Source of the DNA: Negaprion brevirostris
Taxonomy: Eukaryota
Direction: 5' to 3'
Length of the DNA stretch: 64,000 nucleotides
Assembly: GCA_030324005.1 (NCBI GenBank)
Contig: JARDVH010000106.1
Location: forward strand, 60,635,117 to 60,699,116
The notes under the pieces were generated by a model, which saw only the letters and a list, made by a program, of their open reading frames with translations, had not been told where the DNA came from and did no database searches. The first letter of the stretch is position 1. Each line of letters starts with the position of its first letter. This document shows, piece after piece, positions 12,370 through 25,009 of this stretch. A program made the position numbers and the translations under genes.

Positions 12370-13424
12370 CCACACTAGATTTTTCAGCGGGAGTTTCAAA
12401 ATGAATCACCCACACTCTGTGCACTGTAGNNNNNNNNNNNNNNNNNNNNNNNNNNNNNNNNNNNNNNNNNNNNNNNNNNNNNNNNNNNNNNNNNNNNNNN
12501 NNNNNNNNNNNNNNNNNNNNNNNNNNNNNNNNNNNNNNNNNNNNNNNNNNNNNNNNNNNNNNNNNNNNNNNNNNNNNNNNNNNNNNNNNNNNNNNNNNNN
12601 NNNNNNNNNNNNNNNNNNNNNNNNNNNNNNNNNNNNNNNNNNNNNNNNNNNNNNNNNNNNNNNNNNNNNNNNNNNNNNNNNNNNNNNNNNNNNNNNNNNN
12701 NNNNNNNNNNNNNNNNNNNNNNNNNNNNNNNNNNNNNNNNNNNNNNNNNNNNNNNNNNNNNNNNNNNNNNNNNNNNNNNNATGGCCAGCCAGCCCCGCTC
12801 ACTGGCCTCCCTTCCTCTATTACTCAGCCTAAATGCAGACCGGCAGCAGGACCCACCCCCCAGCTCCACAGATCACCCCTGCCAAAGTACCCGCCCCCAT
12901 TAGGCCCTTCTTCAATTAGGCCACACTCCCTCTGCACTGCTCTGTGCCCTGTGGGCAATGTCACAATGTCCCCTGGGCATTGGCACTTTGCCCCTTGGGC
13001 AGTGCCAGGGGCCCAGGCTGGCACTGCCAAGATGGCAATGCTCTGGGGGCACCCCCAGCATCCACCCTCTGGAGGACTTCGATTGCTCCACTCTTCACTC
13101 CACCAGGTTGAGCCACCAGCTCCCCGCAACTGAGGCGCAATACAAAACCCTGCTGGAGTAAAGCACTCCTGACAGGGAGGAAAGGCTCGCTGGCTTGAAG
13201 ATTTCAGTCCTGGGCCCGTTAATGTTATTTAAATTAGATTTTAAATTAATTATACAGCTCCACACCAATTCCCGTCACAGAGCTGACTGTGCCAGAAATC
13301 CAGTTGCCCGAGACGTGTGGAAGCTGTGGCGCCCAGCAGGGAGCCTGCGAAACAGCCTCCACTCGAGTCTCCCAGCCCACTGTGTTACAAAAGCAGTGCA
13401 GCAGGCTGGGAGAATCGCCCGCCC
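12370..13424. mobile_element. GC-rich non-autonomous DNA transposon (Harbinger-like), partly in a gap
   Basis: Ends gatttttcagcggg.. and ..gggagaatcgcccgccc; body (ggcactgcc motifs) resembles 22420-23290 and 27420-28010. Confidence 0.55.
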
Positions 13425-14305
13425 ATTTTGGGGGCTTCTGCTGCTTCGCAATTAGAGCAGGTAGCTTCTCGAAAGCCCTACAGGGTGAATGAGGTGGACA
13501 GCAGTCTTGTACACCAAAGTTAAGACGAGAGCTCATATTGGCAGTATCAGCCCTGCAAAGATATCTTAGAAACATAGCATTTGAAAGAAATTTAATTTTG
13601 CCCCACTCCAAACCTGACAGCTTTGCACTAATGACTGCTTGTGTTTGCCGGAAAATAATTCTGTCTGGATAGGCCCCTTCACAAGGTCATTAAGCAGCTT
13701 AAGGAGCCATTAATTAGTAAGGAAACATGTTATACAATTCCTGTCCTGTGAAAATTCAAAACTATCCCAGAGGCATTAGGATTCTGAGACTTCCTGGACC
13801 ATAATTTCTGAAACCCTCCCAAATATGGTCCTGACCAATGGCACTATGGAAATCTTGGCCTCTGAATCAGGATACTGTGCTGGAGGAGCTCTCATATGTT
13901 ATTGTGACCCAGCCTATCAGCGGAAACTAGCTTGTGATCGAACGAGCAGCAAAGAGTGGGAGGGACGGTAAGGTTCCAAGAAGGAAAGTTTAAATGATCA
14001 AGGTAGACTAGCCCCAGATGAGGCAATGCCAGACCACAGCAGGTGAGTGAGAAGCAACAAACACCAGGCCAGAGTGAGGCAGTGGAAGGCGGGACTGCAG
14101 ACCCCAGGCAAGGGTGAGGCAGTGGACTTCATGGTGTGGAGAGTTTCATCCCAAGTGGGATGGGGGAGATCGTGGGCAGGGCGGGGGCGGGGGGTGGTGT
14201 TTGCAAAAATGAAGCTCAGCCCTAATTGTAAATCTGTCATTGCCACTCAGCTTGGTGTGAAATAGTTCTAAACTCAGGTATTGCCAAGCTAAACAGAATT
14301 TGACA

Positions 14306-15163
14306 TTTATATTGAAACTAAATTGAAAAGTTGTGATTGCAAGTGCCAGATGTTGTTTATTTAAAGTAAAAGCGAAGGGATAAAATTGGAAAAGGGAAAT
14401 AAGCAGCAAGATTATCACTGCACAGCGCAAGAGAAAGATCTAAGGATATTATCCAAGTGTAAAATAAGATTCAAGGCAAATAAGATCTGAGGGTTTAATA
14501 TGCAAAGGGATAGAACACAAATCCAATTTAGTTACCATGATTATAAAGACCATTGGTTCAGTCTCACAACCACAGTGGGNNNNNNNNNNAATGGACAAGT
14601 AAATTGATAATTGGAATTTGTTACCTGAGCAATGAGAGTTTGCAGGAACATGAAACCTTACATGAGAGAAAGACAGCTTAGGGAAATTAATTTAGTATTC
14701 AAGATCTTAAAGGGAAAGATATTGAATTCAAATATTGTCGGTCAGGTTTTGCTGACATGGGACATCCCAGAGTGTACATCATTAGCTCAACATTTTCCTT
14801 CAGCTCAAAATGCTTTTGCCTCCAGACAGGCTGGAAATGTAAGATTATAGGGCAACAGAGCATCTGAAACCTTTTGTGAACAATGAAACCAGCAGAATGA
14901 CTCTTTAACCAATGAGGTTTAATGACTGAGAATGAAAGAGAGGGATGGCAGAGAAGATATTGTTAATTATAATCTAATCAGTTAAGGAAGAAAAGAAAAA
15001 TAAAAGAACAAATATCCGATTAAATGAGTGATAGAGACTTGCGCTGTGCAGTGATAATCTTGCTGCTCATTTCCCTTTTCCAATCTTATCCCTTTACTTT
15101 TACTTTAAATAAACAACATCAGGCACTTGCAATCACAACTTTTCAATTTAGTTTCAATATAAA
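14306..15163. repeat. Inverted repeat pair, arms 14306-14431 and 15038-15163
   Basis: Ungapped manual alignment, 121/126 identical; also seen as near-identical peptides in ORFs 14146(-) and 15024(+). Confidence 0.95.
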
Positions 15164-15664
15164 GGAAAAGAAAAATAAAGAAAAAGAGACTGAACAGTTT
15201 CAATTGTTCCCTTTCTGGACCACGAAAAGCTCCTTTGCATTTCATTAACGATTCAGAGAAGCTTACAGCACAGGAGGAAGCCATTTGGCCTGTTGTGCCA
15301 GTGCTGACAATTAGCATGTGCTAAAGAACAAGGCTAGCAGAAATTTGTGACAGGTTTAATGAGCAATGAATGTGAAAATCTAACAAGGTCTTAAAAACAA
15401 AAGGTTAAGGGCAAAATGCCTTCTATGTGAACCAACGATAGAGCTGAAGAAACCCAGAGATTCACAACTAAGGGCAAGCATTTTAATCCCCTGCAAATGC
15501 CAGCCGATTTGTACATTAATAACAAGTGTCGTTAATAACAGTTATTTTTCCAGTAAGATCTGACACAATATATCTTGAGAGAAGTTGAAGTGACAGGTGC
15601 CAAGACATTCTAAAATAGAGGATTCTCAAGCTGTGTTCAAAATACTAACAATGTCTAAGTAAAA

Positions 15665-16105
15665 ACTATAGAACTATAGAATCCCTACAGTGCAGAAGGA
15701 GGCCATTCGGCCCTTTGAGTCTGCACTGACTCTCCAAAAAAATGTCTTATCCAGGCAACCTCCATCCCCACCCCTACCCTATCCCCCCAAACCCGCACAT
15801 TAATCACAGCTAATCCACCNNNNNNNNNNNNNNNNNNNNNNNNNNNNNNNNNNNNNNNNNNNNNNNNNNNNNNNNNNNNNNNNNNNNNNNNNNNNNNNNN
15901 NNNNNNNNNNNNNNNNNNNCTATCCCCACAAACCCGCACATTAATCACAGCTAATCCACCCAACCTACACATCTTTGGACTCTAAGGGGCAATTTCACAT
16001 GGCTAATCAATCTCACCTACACTTCTTTGAACTGTAGGAAGAAACCAGAGCATCTGGAGGAAACCCATGTAGACATAGGCAAAATGTGCAAACTCTGCAC
16101 AGGCT
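15665..16105 (-). mobile_element. HE1-type SINE with CR1-derived tail (spans a gap)
   Basis: atagaatccctacagtgcagaaggaggccattcggccc tail; gaggaaacccatgtagac body. Confidence 0.75.
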
Positions 16106-16374
16106 GTAGTTTAATCACTATCATATTTAATAGAATCCAGGGACTTGAATGGAAGGTCATGCGCCCCTACAGCAGAGTTAATATTATCGCAATATAGCAA
16201 TCTAATTCACTCTTTATATCAAGGAGACACGCTAGAAAATTCAATATATCAAGACTTCAAATTAGCACGGTTTCACAGATTTCTATTTGGTAAAGTACTC
16301 TGATGCCAGTCCTTGTTTCAATTTTAAAAAACAAAAACCAATATTCTGTGTGGGAATACAATATATTATTTGTA

Positions 16375-16620
16375 GTACTTAATTTGACTTTAATATAAAC
16401 TCAATGCAGTATTGATTCCATTTTCTATCTTTGCCATGTCTTTATTAGCTTCAAGGTGGGATTTACCATCAGGACTGCTGAATGCAATCTCTCAAAAGAA
16501 AGAAGGAGAAGGCAGATAATGAAGGGGAGTACACTGGAAGAGGATTAAGGAGCAGCATGAAACATTAATTTCAGATGCCTTGGGAGTCCAGGTGCCTTGG
16601 GAATTTCAAAGAGTGCTAAC
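16375..16620 (-). pseudogene. Disrupted exon remnant, RGS-like
   Basis: ttttcattaatag acceptor; KAPGLPRHLKLMFH..(other frame)LSAFSFFLLR..LKLIKTWQR*; resembles RGSL1 RKPSMRPRNL and IQLLDLWQ as recalled. Confidence 0.35.
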
Positions 16621-16824
16621 CTATTAATGAAAACATATTGATCACTAATCTTGGTGACAGATAGAACCATCCTCCAGACTCTGGAATCAAAAGTAACGAA
16701 CACTTTTGAGACTTAAGTGGAAAGAAAGTTACTTAATGCATCAAGAGTGTGTTCAGTTGGTAACAAACTTTTCAAGAAAGCATCAATTTTTGCCTTGGTT
16801 CTGAGTGATGAAGCAGAGCAGAGC

Positions 16825-17130
16825 TTTTTTGTTTTGTTTTTAGTCCAATTCAATCCAATCAAGTCCAATTCAGGGTATCAACAAGTTGAGACATTCCTGA
16901 TCCAAGCTGACAAGACAGAGTCCTTACCTCCTGTCTTGGGCTTGATCTACATGATCCAAGCTGATTGGAGTAGGCATAGCTCCTCCTCCAAGGCTATGAT
17001 CTCATGTGTATCTTAGCCAAGAGGCTGAGATGCCGCTTTAAAAAATTGCTTCAAATGAAGCTGAAATGTAACCTAATGACTTCAATCAAGCGCAGCATGT
17101 CGATACTACACTTAATCTTAGCCAACAGGC
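16825..17130 (-). mobile_element. SINE-like element with two U2 snRNA 5'-derived segments and an A-rich tail
   Basis: rc 17102-17130 GCCTGTTGGCTAAGATTAAGTGTAGTATC matches U2 nt 12-40 (2 mismatches); rc 17010-17033 matches U2 nt 4-27 (3 mismatches); tail AAAAACAAAACAAAAAA. Confidence 0.65.
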
Positions 17131-17360
17131 TGTCTGTGTGGAGTCTGCACGTTCTCCCCGGGTCTGTGTGGATTTCCTCCGGGTTCTCCGGTTTCCTCCC
17201 ACAGTCTGAAAGAGGTGCAGGTTAGGTGCATTGGCCATGCTAAATCTCCCTCATTTTATCCGAACAGGTACCAGAATGTCGCGACTAGGGGATTTTCACA
17301 GTAACTTCATTGCAGTGTTAATGTAAGCCTGCTTGTGACAATAATAAAAATAAAATAAAT
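17131..17360 (+). mobile_element. HE1-type SINE lacking its 5' head
   Basis: tgtctgtgtggagtctgcacgttctccc...gggattttcacagtaacttcattgcagtgttaatgtaagcc..aataaa. Confidence 0.85.
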
Positions 17361-17595
17361 AGAAAATATTGGTATGAAAGGAAACAAAACCAAAATTGAC
17401 AGACAAGAGCACTGAAATCTAGAGATTGATGAAAGAGGATGTTAGCTGGATATATTAGAGTGAAATATTAACTGTTTAAAAAAAATGAAAAAAGTGGATA
17501 ATAATAAAATGCAAAATTGATACATTACAGTCTATGAGAAAGGGGCTGTATCTATGAAGGAACAGTTAAATGCAGTAACAAATAAAGTTTAAAAT

Positions 17596-18489
17596 TGTTA
17601 GGACCGAATGCATCTACTCTCTTACAGCCCATAATCCGTACGTTTTCTATGGAAACAGGTGTGTCTTGTCTTACCCTTGGAGTGTGCATTCCAATTAAGT
17701 AATTCAGCATCAAGCTTTTGAGAGTTTAAATAAGGAACATTGTTTATTTTTACATATTTACCTTGAATTAATGCAATGTTACATATTCACATGCACATAC
17801 ATAAACAAAGATTTGGTACAGGTAAATATGGCACATTTGACAGGTTAGTTAATTTGGTCTCTGATTTACAATTTGGAGTCTACTGCATCGTGGGCCTGTC
17901 ATTTCTTGAATGGATTTGATCATTTAAATTTGAAGTGAGGGTTTTATAGAACAAAGGATTCACAGCAGGTTGTGAAGTTTTTTGTATCGCATAGCTGGGA
18001 GGTAGGTTCTCTGGTGAACTTTGAAACTGGAACAGGTCAAATACTTTGGCTGCTTGAAGATTTGCAGCCAGTTTTAGATTCTGGTGTTCAAACTTGCTGA
18101 TGACTGGTGGTTCTGATGATCCACTGGATCATGGAGTAAGAGGAGTGCAATCTCAGAAACCAGTTTCAGTCACATGACCATTGGGTTAACACTTCTGAGG
18201 CCCACCTAGCTTGGATTGGGGAGGCCATTGCAATACAATGCAAAAATTGATAATGGCCATTGAGTTTTAATCTTTCCTTTCATCCAATATGAATCTTAAA
18301 AACACAAGGTCTGAAATATCCATAGTTTTTAAGTGTTGGTCCATTCTTAAGGATTGAGATGTGTGGATTCCACAAGTGGCTCTGAGGTACCTCACCCATG
18401 TCCATATTTAATTAGATATTTGCCAAAGATTTTATACTTCTCTGTGGTCCAATTACCAAAATTCACAAGTTGCAGCAACAATCATAACA
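17596..18489. mobile_element. Probable solo LTR
   Basis: TGTTAGGA...TCATAACA termini, about 0.9 kb; no clear TSD. Confidence 0.4.
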
Positions 18490-19383
18490 GCTCTTTTGTT
18501 TCCAATGTTTCTAATTATTGACTGCAAGTTCATAATATGATAAACCCTTAATTATCAAAAGAAAAATAATACCAGAGGGCTAAAACAGATAAGAGAGATA
18601 GACATTAAAAAACACAGTTCCTATAAATAGGAACAAAAAGTNNNNNNNNNNNNNNNNNNNNNNNNNNNNNNNNNNNNNNNNNNNNNNNNNNNNNNNNNNN
18701 NNNNNNNNNNNNNNNNNNNNNNNNNNNNNNNNNNNNNNNNNTAAGAGAGATAGACATTAAAAAACACATTTCCTATAAATAGGAACAAAAAGTCAGGAGA
18801 GCTAAGAGCTGAACAAAAATTGTGCAGTCTACATATGAAACATGGAAAATGTTTTTAATCAGTATGTCAGGAAAAGGAGAAGAGTTAAGGATAAGAAGTG
18901 AAACTACTCAAAAAATAGATCTGAGATTGTTGTGCTCATGAAGGAAATAGCAGATTTGTTTAAATATTTTATTAGAAGCAAAGGATAAACAATATCTTCA
19001 AAGGCTTGGGAGTGATGATACCAAAGGATTCACGGTAGTTACATATATTTGTTAATGGGCTTGTATGTGGCGGGGGGGGGTTCTCTTATTGATACAGGTA
19101 TAGCAACCCTGGAGAAATTGGCAAAGAGATTTTCTGGGATAACACCCGACCTAGGCAACCTAGGTCACTTAATTCACTTAAAATCAGAAAAGTAATTAAA
19201 GCCATATACACAACTCATGTTGAACCCAGAAGATTGACAAAGGTTTTAAAAATAAGAGAAGTCAGAGACAAGTTAAACAAAGGTTATTTTCATAAGTGGA
19301 TGAAAAAGACAAAGCGCTTTCCTATAGAACATACTTTTACATGTGTAGGCCACACCAAAATGATCAACAAGGAAGGCAAGGAG

Positions 19384-19797
19384 GAGGGCGATCTTACTGG
19401 CTTGCCACACAGGTTAATCAGCGTGGCAAGCCAGTAAGATCAGGAGAGAGGTGAAAAACTGGATCTGCTCCTGTTTTCTCACTTCTCGCCATGACACCAG
19501 TTGGTGTAATCAGCTTCGCTCAAGGCCAACCTTTTAATATTTAATTGTGTACACTTTACACAGTGCATTGGGAGATCATGCACATGCGCAATAGTACCCT
19601 CTAACAGCCATCAGTTGGTTTTCCAGCATGAACAGACTCTGTTCACTCCCCCTACTGGCATGAATCATTCTTTGCCTCTTTTTTTCACTAAGTGGCATAA
19701 GATTTGAATTTTTCTGCTCATTGAAAAAAATGGGCATGATTTTTCTCCTGTTTTCACATTTGTGCAGCGCTTAGAATTTTTTGGTATGATCACCCCC
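19384..19797. mobile_element. MITE-like element with a perfect subterminal hairpin
   Basis: Ends gggcgatcttac / gtatgatcacccc; 19-bp perfect stem at 19390-19441. Confidence 0.6.
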
Positions 19798-20800
19798 GTC
19801 CCCCAAGAATTCTGAAGGACAAACAGGAAAGTGGAGTTGAGGCCCCCATGAGATCAGTCATGAACTTTTCAAATGGCAGAGCAGGCTTAATGAGCCAAAT
19901 GATCTACTCCTGTTTTTAACTGTGTTCAAAACCAACCTCAACAGCATTCCATGCAAGACTGAGTTATGTTTGAAATTTCCTGCACTAGCTTTCATTGTGA
20001 TTTTTTAACTGAGCTATATTGAGGCAGTTGATGCCATTTGCAAATTAATCTGTGACTTGATGCCAATTTTCAGCCACCTGAAATGTATTTCACTTGGCCA
20101 TTTATGTCTTGAAAGTTGTTGCTTTAAATAGGGAGGATATCACAAACTAAAATCTACAAAATCCAAATATGAGAAACCAAGACCTTTCTTGAGCATTCAC
20201 ACATCTGTGAATTCAAACTTAAATTGCAACCTGAGTGAAAGATAACATGCAATCAGGCATGATTCTGAAAACATTACAAATCTCTGAAATTATGTTATCT
20301 AACCAATAAACCAGCATGAATAATTATTAAAGTTGCAGCGTCACCAAGAAAATATCAACACAAGGTCAGAACCAAAATGTCTAAAAGTTAAAAAAGTTTC
20401 TTTCCTTCTGGTTCAATTTGTAAATGAAGGTATTCATACATTCAATCAATTTTACCTTCAGTAATGTAGAGAGCCAATTAATTAAGTTCCTGCTACATGA
20501 CAGAAGTCAGACGTGACAAGAAAGAATGTACTAACAATCTAACCTTAAAATGGAATTGCACCTGAAATCTTTAATAATGGAGGGATTACCATTGGGATGT
20601 CCTTTATTCATTTATTTATGTACATGAAAATGAATTTGCACTATATGATGTAAATTATACCACAGTAACATTATTAATATCTATATTTCCAATAATAGCC
20701 ACCTATCATCATTGGATTTTAATGGAACACAATTGTTGTTGCCTCTCACCACTGTCACTGCTTTCCAGTTTAGAAAGAGCTCTGAATTGTTTAATTTAAC

Positions 20801-21449
20801 CTCCACAAGACCGACTTAACCAGTAGGAAGCTAATTTATTGCTTTTCATAGATTAAGATTTACTGAATTAAGCATTCTCAAAGTTCAGCATAAATGAATG
20901 AAAAACCATTACTTCTGATAGCCAAAAGGAGAGGACTGGTGTGATGGTACTTAAATATATCCTTCATGGTGTCAGCAGAATTTAATCAATTGACACAAGG
21001 GTATGAATGGATGACCGCACTATCTCAGCTAAGAAATAATTTGCTACAAATAGGTAATCTGTCAACAGCTCATAGATTCAATAGCATTTTGGGAAACCAG
21101 TCATTTGAAGTGACAGCACACATCTATCAACTTACACAATTTCTGATGGGTTGAAGTATCAAACTAATCAACCAGTATCAAGACAAGCTGCATGTTCGCG
21201 CTTGGGAAAATTTGACATTACAAGATTATTAGCCTTCTCCTATGCATATGCATCAGCTTTAGTGGAGCTTTTTTCCGTTACATCAGACACAGGCTTCAGC
21301 ACTGGCCAATTATATGACAATTGGTTAAATTATTGATTTATCTGTTGGTGCGCAATGTTCTTCAGTTTTTGATGTTCATCAGGAGTTCTTCTCACTTGTG
21401 CTATATCATTTTCTGTCAAAATTTAGAAAAAATACATCTGTTGAAAGAC
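20801..21449 (-). pseudogene. Large disrupted exon remnant containing an RGS-like domain
   Basis: tttctcttgcag acceptor; VFQQMYFF*ILTENDIAQVRR..HAACLDTG*..WFPKMLLNL*AVDRL..(frameshift)A*FSKS*SMKSNKLASYWLSR. Confidence 0.5.
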
Positions 21450-21539
21450 CTGCAAGAGAAATTCAGAAAGCATTTTGCTGCAACATGCTTTTGAGAGCTA
21501 ATGAGACTGTATCCTAAGTACTGTATACAGACTTTATCT

Positions 21540-21870
21540 TCTTACTTAAGAAAAGGTAGAATTGTATTAGAAGCGGTTCAGAGAAGGTTTACTTGAATGA
21601 TTCCTGGGCTGAAAGGTTTATCTTACATGAAAGATTGAGCCTGTACCCCGTGGATTTTAGAAGAATGGGAAGTGATCTTATTGAAACAAAAAAGATCCTG
21701 AAGCGACCTGACACCAGATGTTTTCTCTCGTGGGAGAGTCTAGAACTAGAGAACATATTTTAAAAATGACAGAGTCTTCCATTTAAAACTGAGACAAGCA
21801 GAATTTTGTTTCTCTTGGAGGAGCATTAGTCTGTGGCGTTCTCTTGCCCAAAAAGCAGGTTAGGTCATTA
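21540..21870 (+). mobile_element. CR1 LINE 3' fragment
   Basis: LEAVQRRFT*MIPGL..FRRMGSDLIET. Confidence 0.75.
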
Positions 21871-22419
21871 TCAACCAAATTCATCTGAACTATATTAATA
21901 TTTACTTCTTAATAAAAACGGTGACTCCCCACCATACATAGGAACATTTCGAGCATGTTATTAGTTGCATTACTTTAGAATTTATCTCTTCAAGATTATA
22001 AGTAATTTTCTTAATTTAAAATCAATTACATGAAGAGGTTTTCTAATTTAACCATACATTAGCCTAAAATCTTAAAATTTGACTGCATGGGGCTTGTAGA
22101 TTTAAATTGTGGGAGGGATACTGTGGATAAGATTAAATTGCAGCCTGTAGTGTTGTACTTGGAGCACTGATGGAGATAGAACTATGAACAGTGACCTAGC
22201 TGAAAAGTTGAGGTCAAGCTGCCCTGCTTCTCCAGGTTGTCCTGCAGCCATTTTATTGCCATCAGGCCACTAACTCAGTGTCAGACTTCCGCCTGCAGCT
22301 CTGAGAGCTGCTGATCAATCAAATGATCTGCAGCTCCCTTGTCCCAACAGTGCCACTAGGAGCAATGACCACTGCAGGGATGACACACAATACTTAAATA
22401 GCAAACACCAAAGACTTGA

Positions 22420-23290
22420 GGCAGAATTTTACAAGAAAAATTATCAATGCCCAGCTAGTGTGAAAATGGGAGAGTTTCAGATCTGTTCTTTTGGGCTAGT
22501 CCAAAATCCCAACGTTATGCACTTAAACAAGTAAAAAAAACCGAGACCATTTCCTGCCACTAAAGGGAATGGGCAGGGCTTAAATCAACAACCAGCCTGC
22601 TATAGTAGCAGAGGGAGCTTTGCACACGTGCAGACCTCTGTGGCTGCACATGCACAATTGCAAGATCTGTAAAGGTCACTGCTGCTGGAACCAGCCATGA
22701 CCCAGATCCTCTCAACCAGCCATTGCGAGGGCCATAGCCGATCACGAGCCCTACATCGCCCAGAAGTATCGTCTCATCCTTGCTGTTGAGACCTATTACA
22801 CCTGGCACTGCCCGACCAATCGCATTGCAGACTTGTAGCAAGACACCCCCGCCCTCCCTCCCTCCCCACCAATCACAATGCAGAATCACACCGAGCCCCC
22901 TCCTTCCCCCCACTGATACTCATACAGTGGCAGTGAGCCCCCTCCCTCCCCACTCGATCAGTCCTGCCTGGCCCCATCCCTTGCAAGCCCCGCCCCCTTC
23001 AGACCCAGGCCTCTTCAGGCCCCAGCCCCTTCAATCTCCCATTGGCCCTGTCCCCTGCACGTCCCACGTCCTTCAGGCCCCTCTCCTGGCACTGCCTAGT
23101 GGGCACTGTCTAAGTGGCACCCCCTCTTGCCTCAACCTCCCTGGAGGCATTAATGTCCTCCCTGTTCTATCAGTGACGCCATCACGACAGGTCCCCATTT
23201 GTGGGGACCCTACATAATCCTCACCGGAAGAAACCTCTGGCTCACTTACCACAAAGGCAAGTGAGTCAGAACAATTGCATCGCAGGCGCA
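22420..23290. mobile_element. GC-rich non-autonomous DNA transposon (Harbinger-like)
   Basis: ggcagaattttac end; C-rich body with ggcactgcc motifs like 12370-13424. Confidence 0.5.
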
Positions 23291-23950
23291 TTAAGAACAT
23301 AAGAAATAGGAGCAAGAGTAGGCCATCTAGCCCTTCGAGCCTGCCCCGCCATTCAATAAGATCATGGCNNNNNNNNNNNNNNNNNNNNNNNNNNNNNNNN
23401 NNNNNNNNNNNNNNNNNNNNNNNNNNNNNNNNNNNNNNNNNNNNNNNNNNNNNNNNNNNNNNNNNNNNNNNNNNNNNNNNNNNNNNNNNNNNNNNNNNNN
23501 NNNNNNNNNNNNNNNNNNNNNNNNNNNNNNNNNNNNNNNNNNNNNNNNNNNNNNNNNNNNNNNNNNNNNNNNNNNNNNNNNNNNNNNNNNNNNNNNNNNN
23601 NNNNNNNNNNNNNNNNNNNNNNNNNNNNNNNNNNNNNNNNNNNNNNNNNNNNNNNNNNNNNNNNNNNNNNNNNNNNNNNNNNNNNNNNNNNNNNNNNNNN
23701 NNNNNNNNNNNNNNNNNNNNNCTAGTCGGGCTATCTACATACTGTTGCAAGGATCCTTCCAATACACATCTTACGAATTCCTCCCCATCAGACCCCCCCA
23801 GCTCTAGGCACCTTCCAATCCACCCCAGGGAGATTAAAATCTCCCACTACAACAACCCTATTCTTCCTACGCTTATCCAAAATGTCCCTACATATACCCT
23901 CTTCCACTGCCCGCGGGCTGTCGGGTGGCCTATAGTACACTGCTAGCATA
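23291..23950 (-). mobile_element. CR1 LINE: 3' tail, gap, AP-endonuclease fragment
   Basis: taagaacataagaaataggagc tail; AVYYRPPDS..VVVVGDFNLPGVDW. Confidence 0.85.
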
Positions 23951-24196
23951 GTAATGGCTGCAGTAACATGCCCGAGACGAAGAGCGATATTTTCTGGCCG
24001 TGCTCGTCCCCAAACTGAACAATCTCGCTCAAGACCTTTACATGGTCCACCTCCCCCACTCCAACCAACCTCACTACAATTCCTGTGGCAGGTGGGACAG
24101 GAAAATGCCTCCCCAAGTCTCAGAATATAGCCAGGTAAGTGATAGGGCCTCGGGGAGGGGCCCTGTGGGGGGTGAGATAAATGGAGGAGGATGTCT

Positions 24197-24313
24197 GTAG
24201 ACACAATAAGAAGTCTCACAATACCAGATTTGAACCTATTGGACTTTAACCTGGTGTTGAGAGATTTTTTTTACTGTGTTTACACCAGTACAATGCTGGC
24301 AGCTCCACATTAC
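24197..24313. mobile_element. Penelope-like inverted end fragment
   Basis: aagaagtctcacaataccag followed by its near reverse complement ttggactttaacctggtgttgagagattt. Confidence 0.6.
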
Positions 24314-25009
24314 AAATGGGTAGGCCAGGACTGAGGGTGGTCTGCAGGTGTCTGGTCCTTGAGGGAGGGTGTCCCCAGATTGGAGGGTGGGAGAGGGTAA
24401 AATTCAGGCCTTAGTGTCCACAAAAGCTACTGAAGAGCAATGCTACAGTTGCAGTTTAAAAGTATTTGTAATCTCAGGTTTAGAAGAACATGCTGATAGT
24501 GTGAATTATTTTTCTTTCCATTTCAGAAGTACTTTTGGTCCCTTGGTGACAATCCTCATTCATTGTTGGTTTGTCTCAGATATATACAGTTTTGTGCTGC
24601 GGGGCTTTATTCATCAGAAATTGGGTTGATGCAACCAAAACTAATTTCATTTTGGATCCTTGTATCAAACGGTCAGGGTTGGATTCAACCTGGAGTCTGT
24701 GACTGAAAGGACAGCAAATTAATCCGCTGAAACAACCAAATTTTTTTTTTACAAAAAAATTTGGCAGAACGAATTTCTTCTTAGTTTGCTGCCAGCATCA
24801 TCTTCTGTCTTCTGTCCTCAGCAGGAACCTGAGGCAAACTATTCCATCCATGGATTTTACAGTAATAATAATTGTATTTTTAAAGCAGCTCAAACATCGT
24901 GAAACATCCCGAAGTGCTTCAAAGGGACATTATCAGACAAAAATTGATAGTGTGTTGCAGAAGGGAATATTGAGATAAAAGCTTGGTCAACGATTTAGGC
25001 TTAAACTTA

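Noticed and set aside
12335-12869. Long ORFs spanning N runs (also near 23.3, 59, 60.3 and 62.5 kb)
   Set aside because: Their length comes from X codons in gaps
14157-14196. G-quadruplex-capable tract (also C-rich 50354-50389)
   Set aside because: Common low-complexity sequence with no supporting context
17102-17130. Functional U2 snRNA gene
   Set aside because: Only about 29 nt of U2 is present; the rest of the RNA, including the Sm site, is missing
18589-18793. Direct repeats on both sides of 100-N gaps (also 15777-15960 and 27110-27262)
   Set aside because: Near-identical sequence flanking fixed-size gaps indicates unmerged contig overlaps, not biological repeats
20966-21336. Plus-strand ORFs as a gene
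   Set aside because: No recognisable product; better explained as antisense shadows of the minus-strand exon remnant
20801-21449. Stop-codon readthrough, selenocysteine or an alternative genetic code
   Set aside because: Stops are a mix of TAA, TAG and TGA and come with frameshifts, as expected from neutral decay
22780-23217. Proline-rich 145-aa ORF
   Set aside because: By-product of the C-rich body of a non-autonomous transposon
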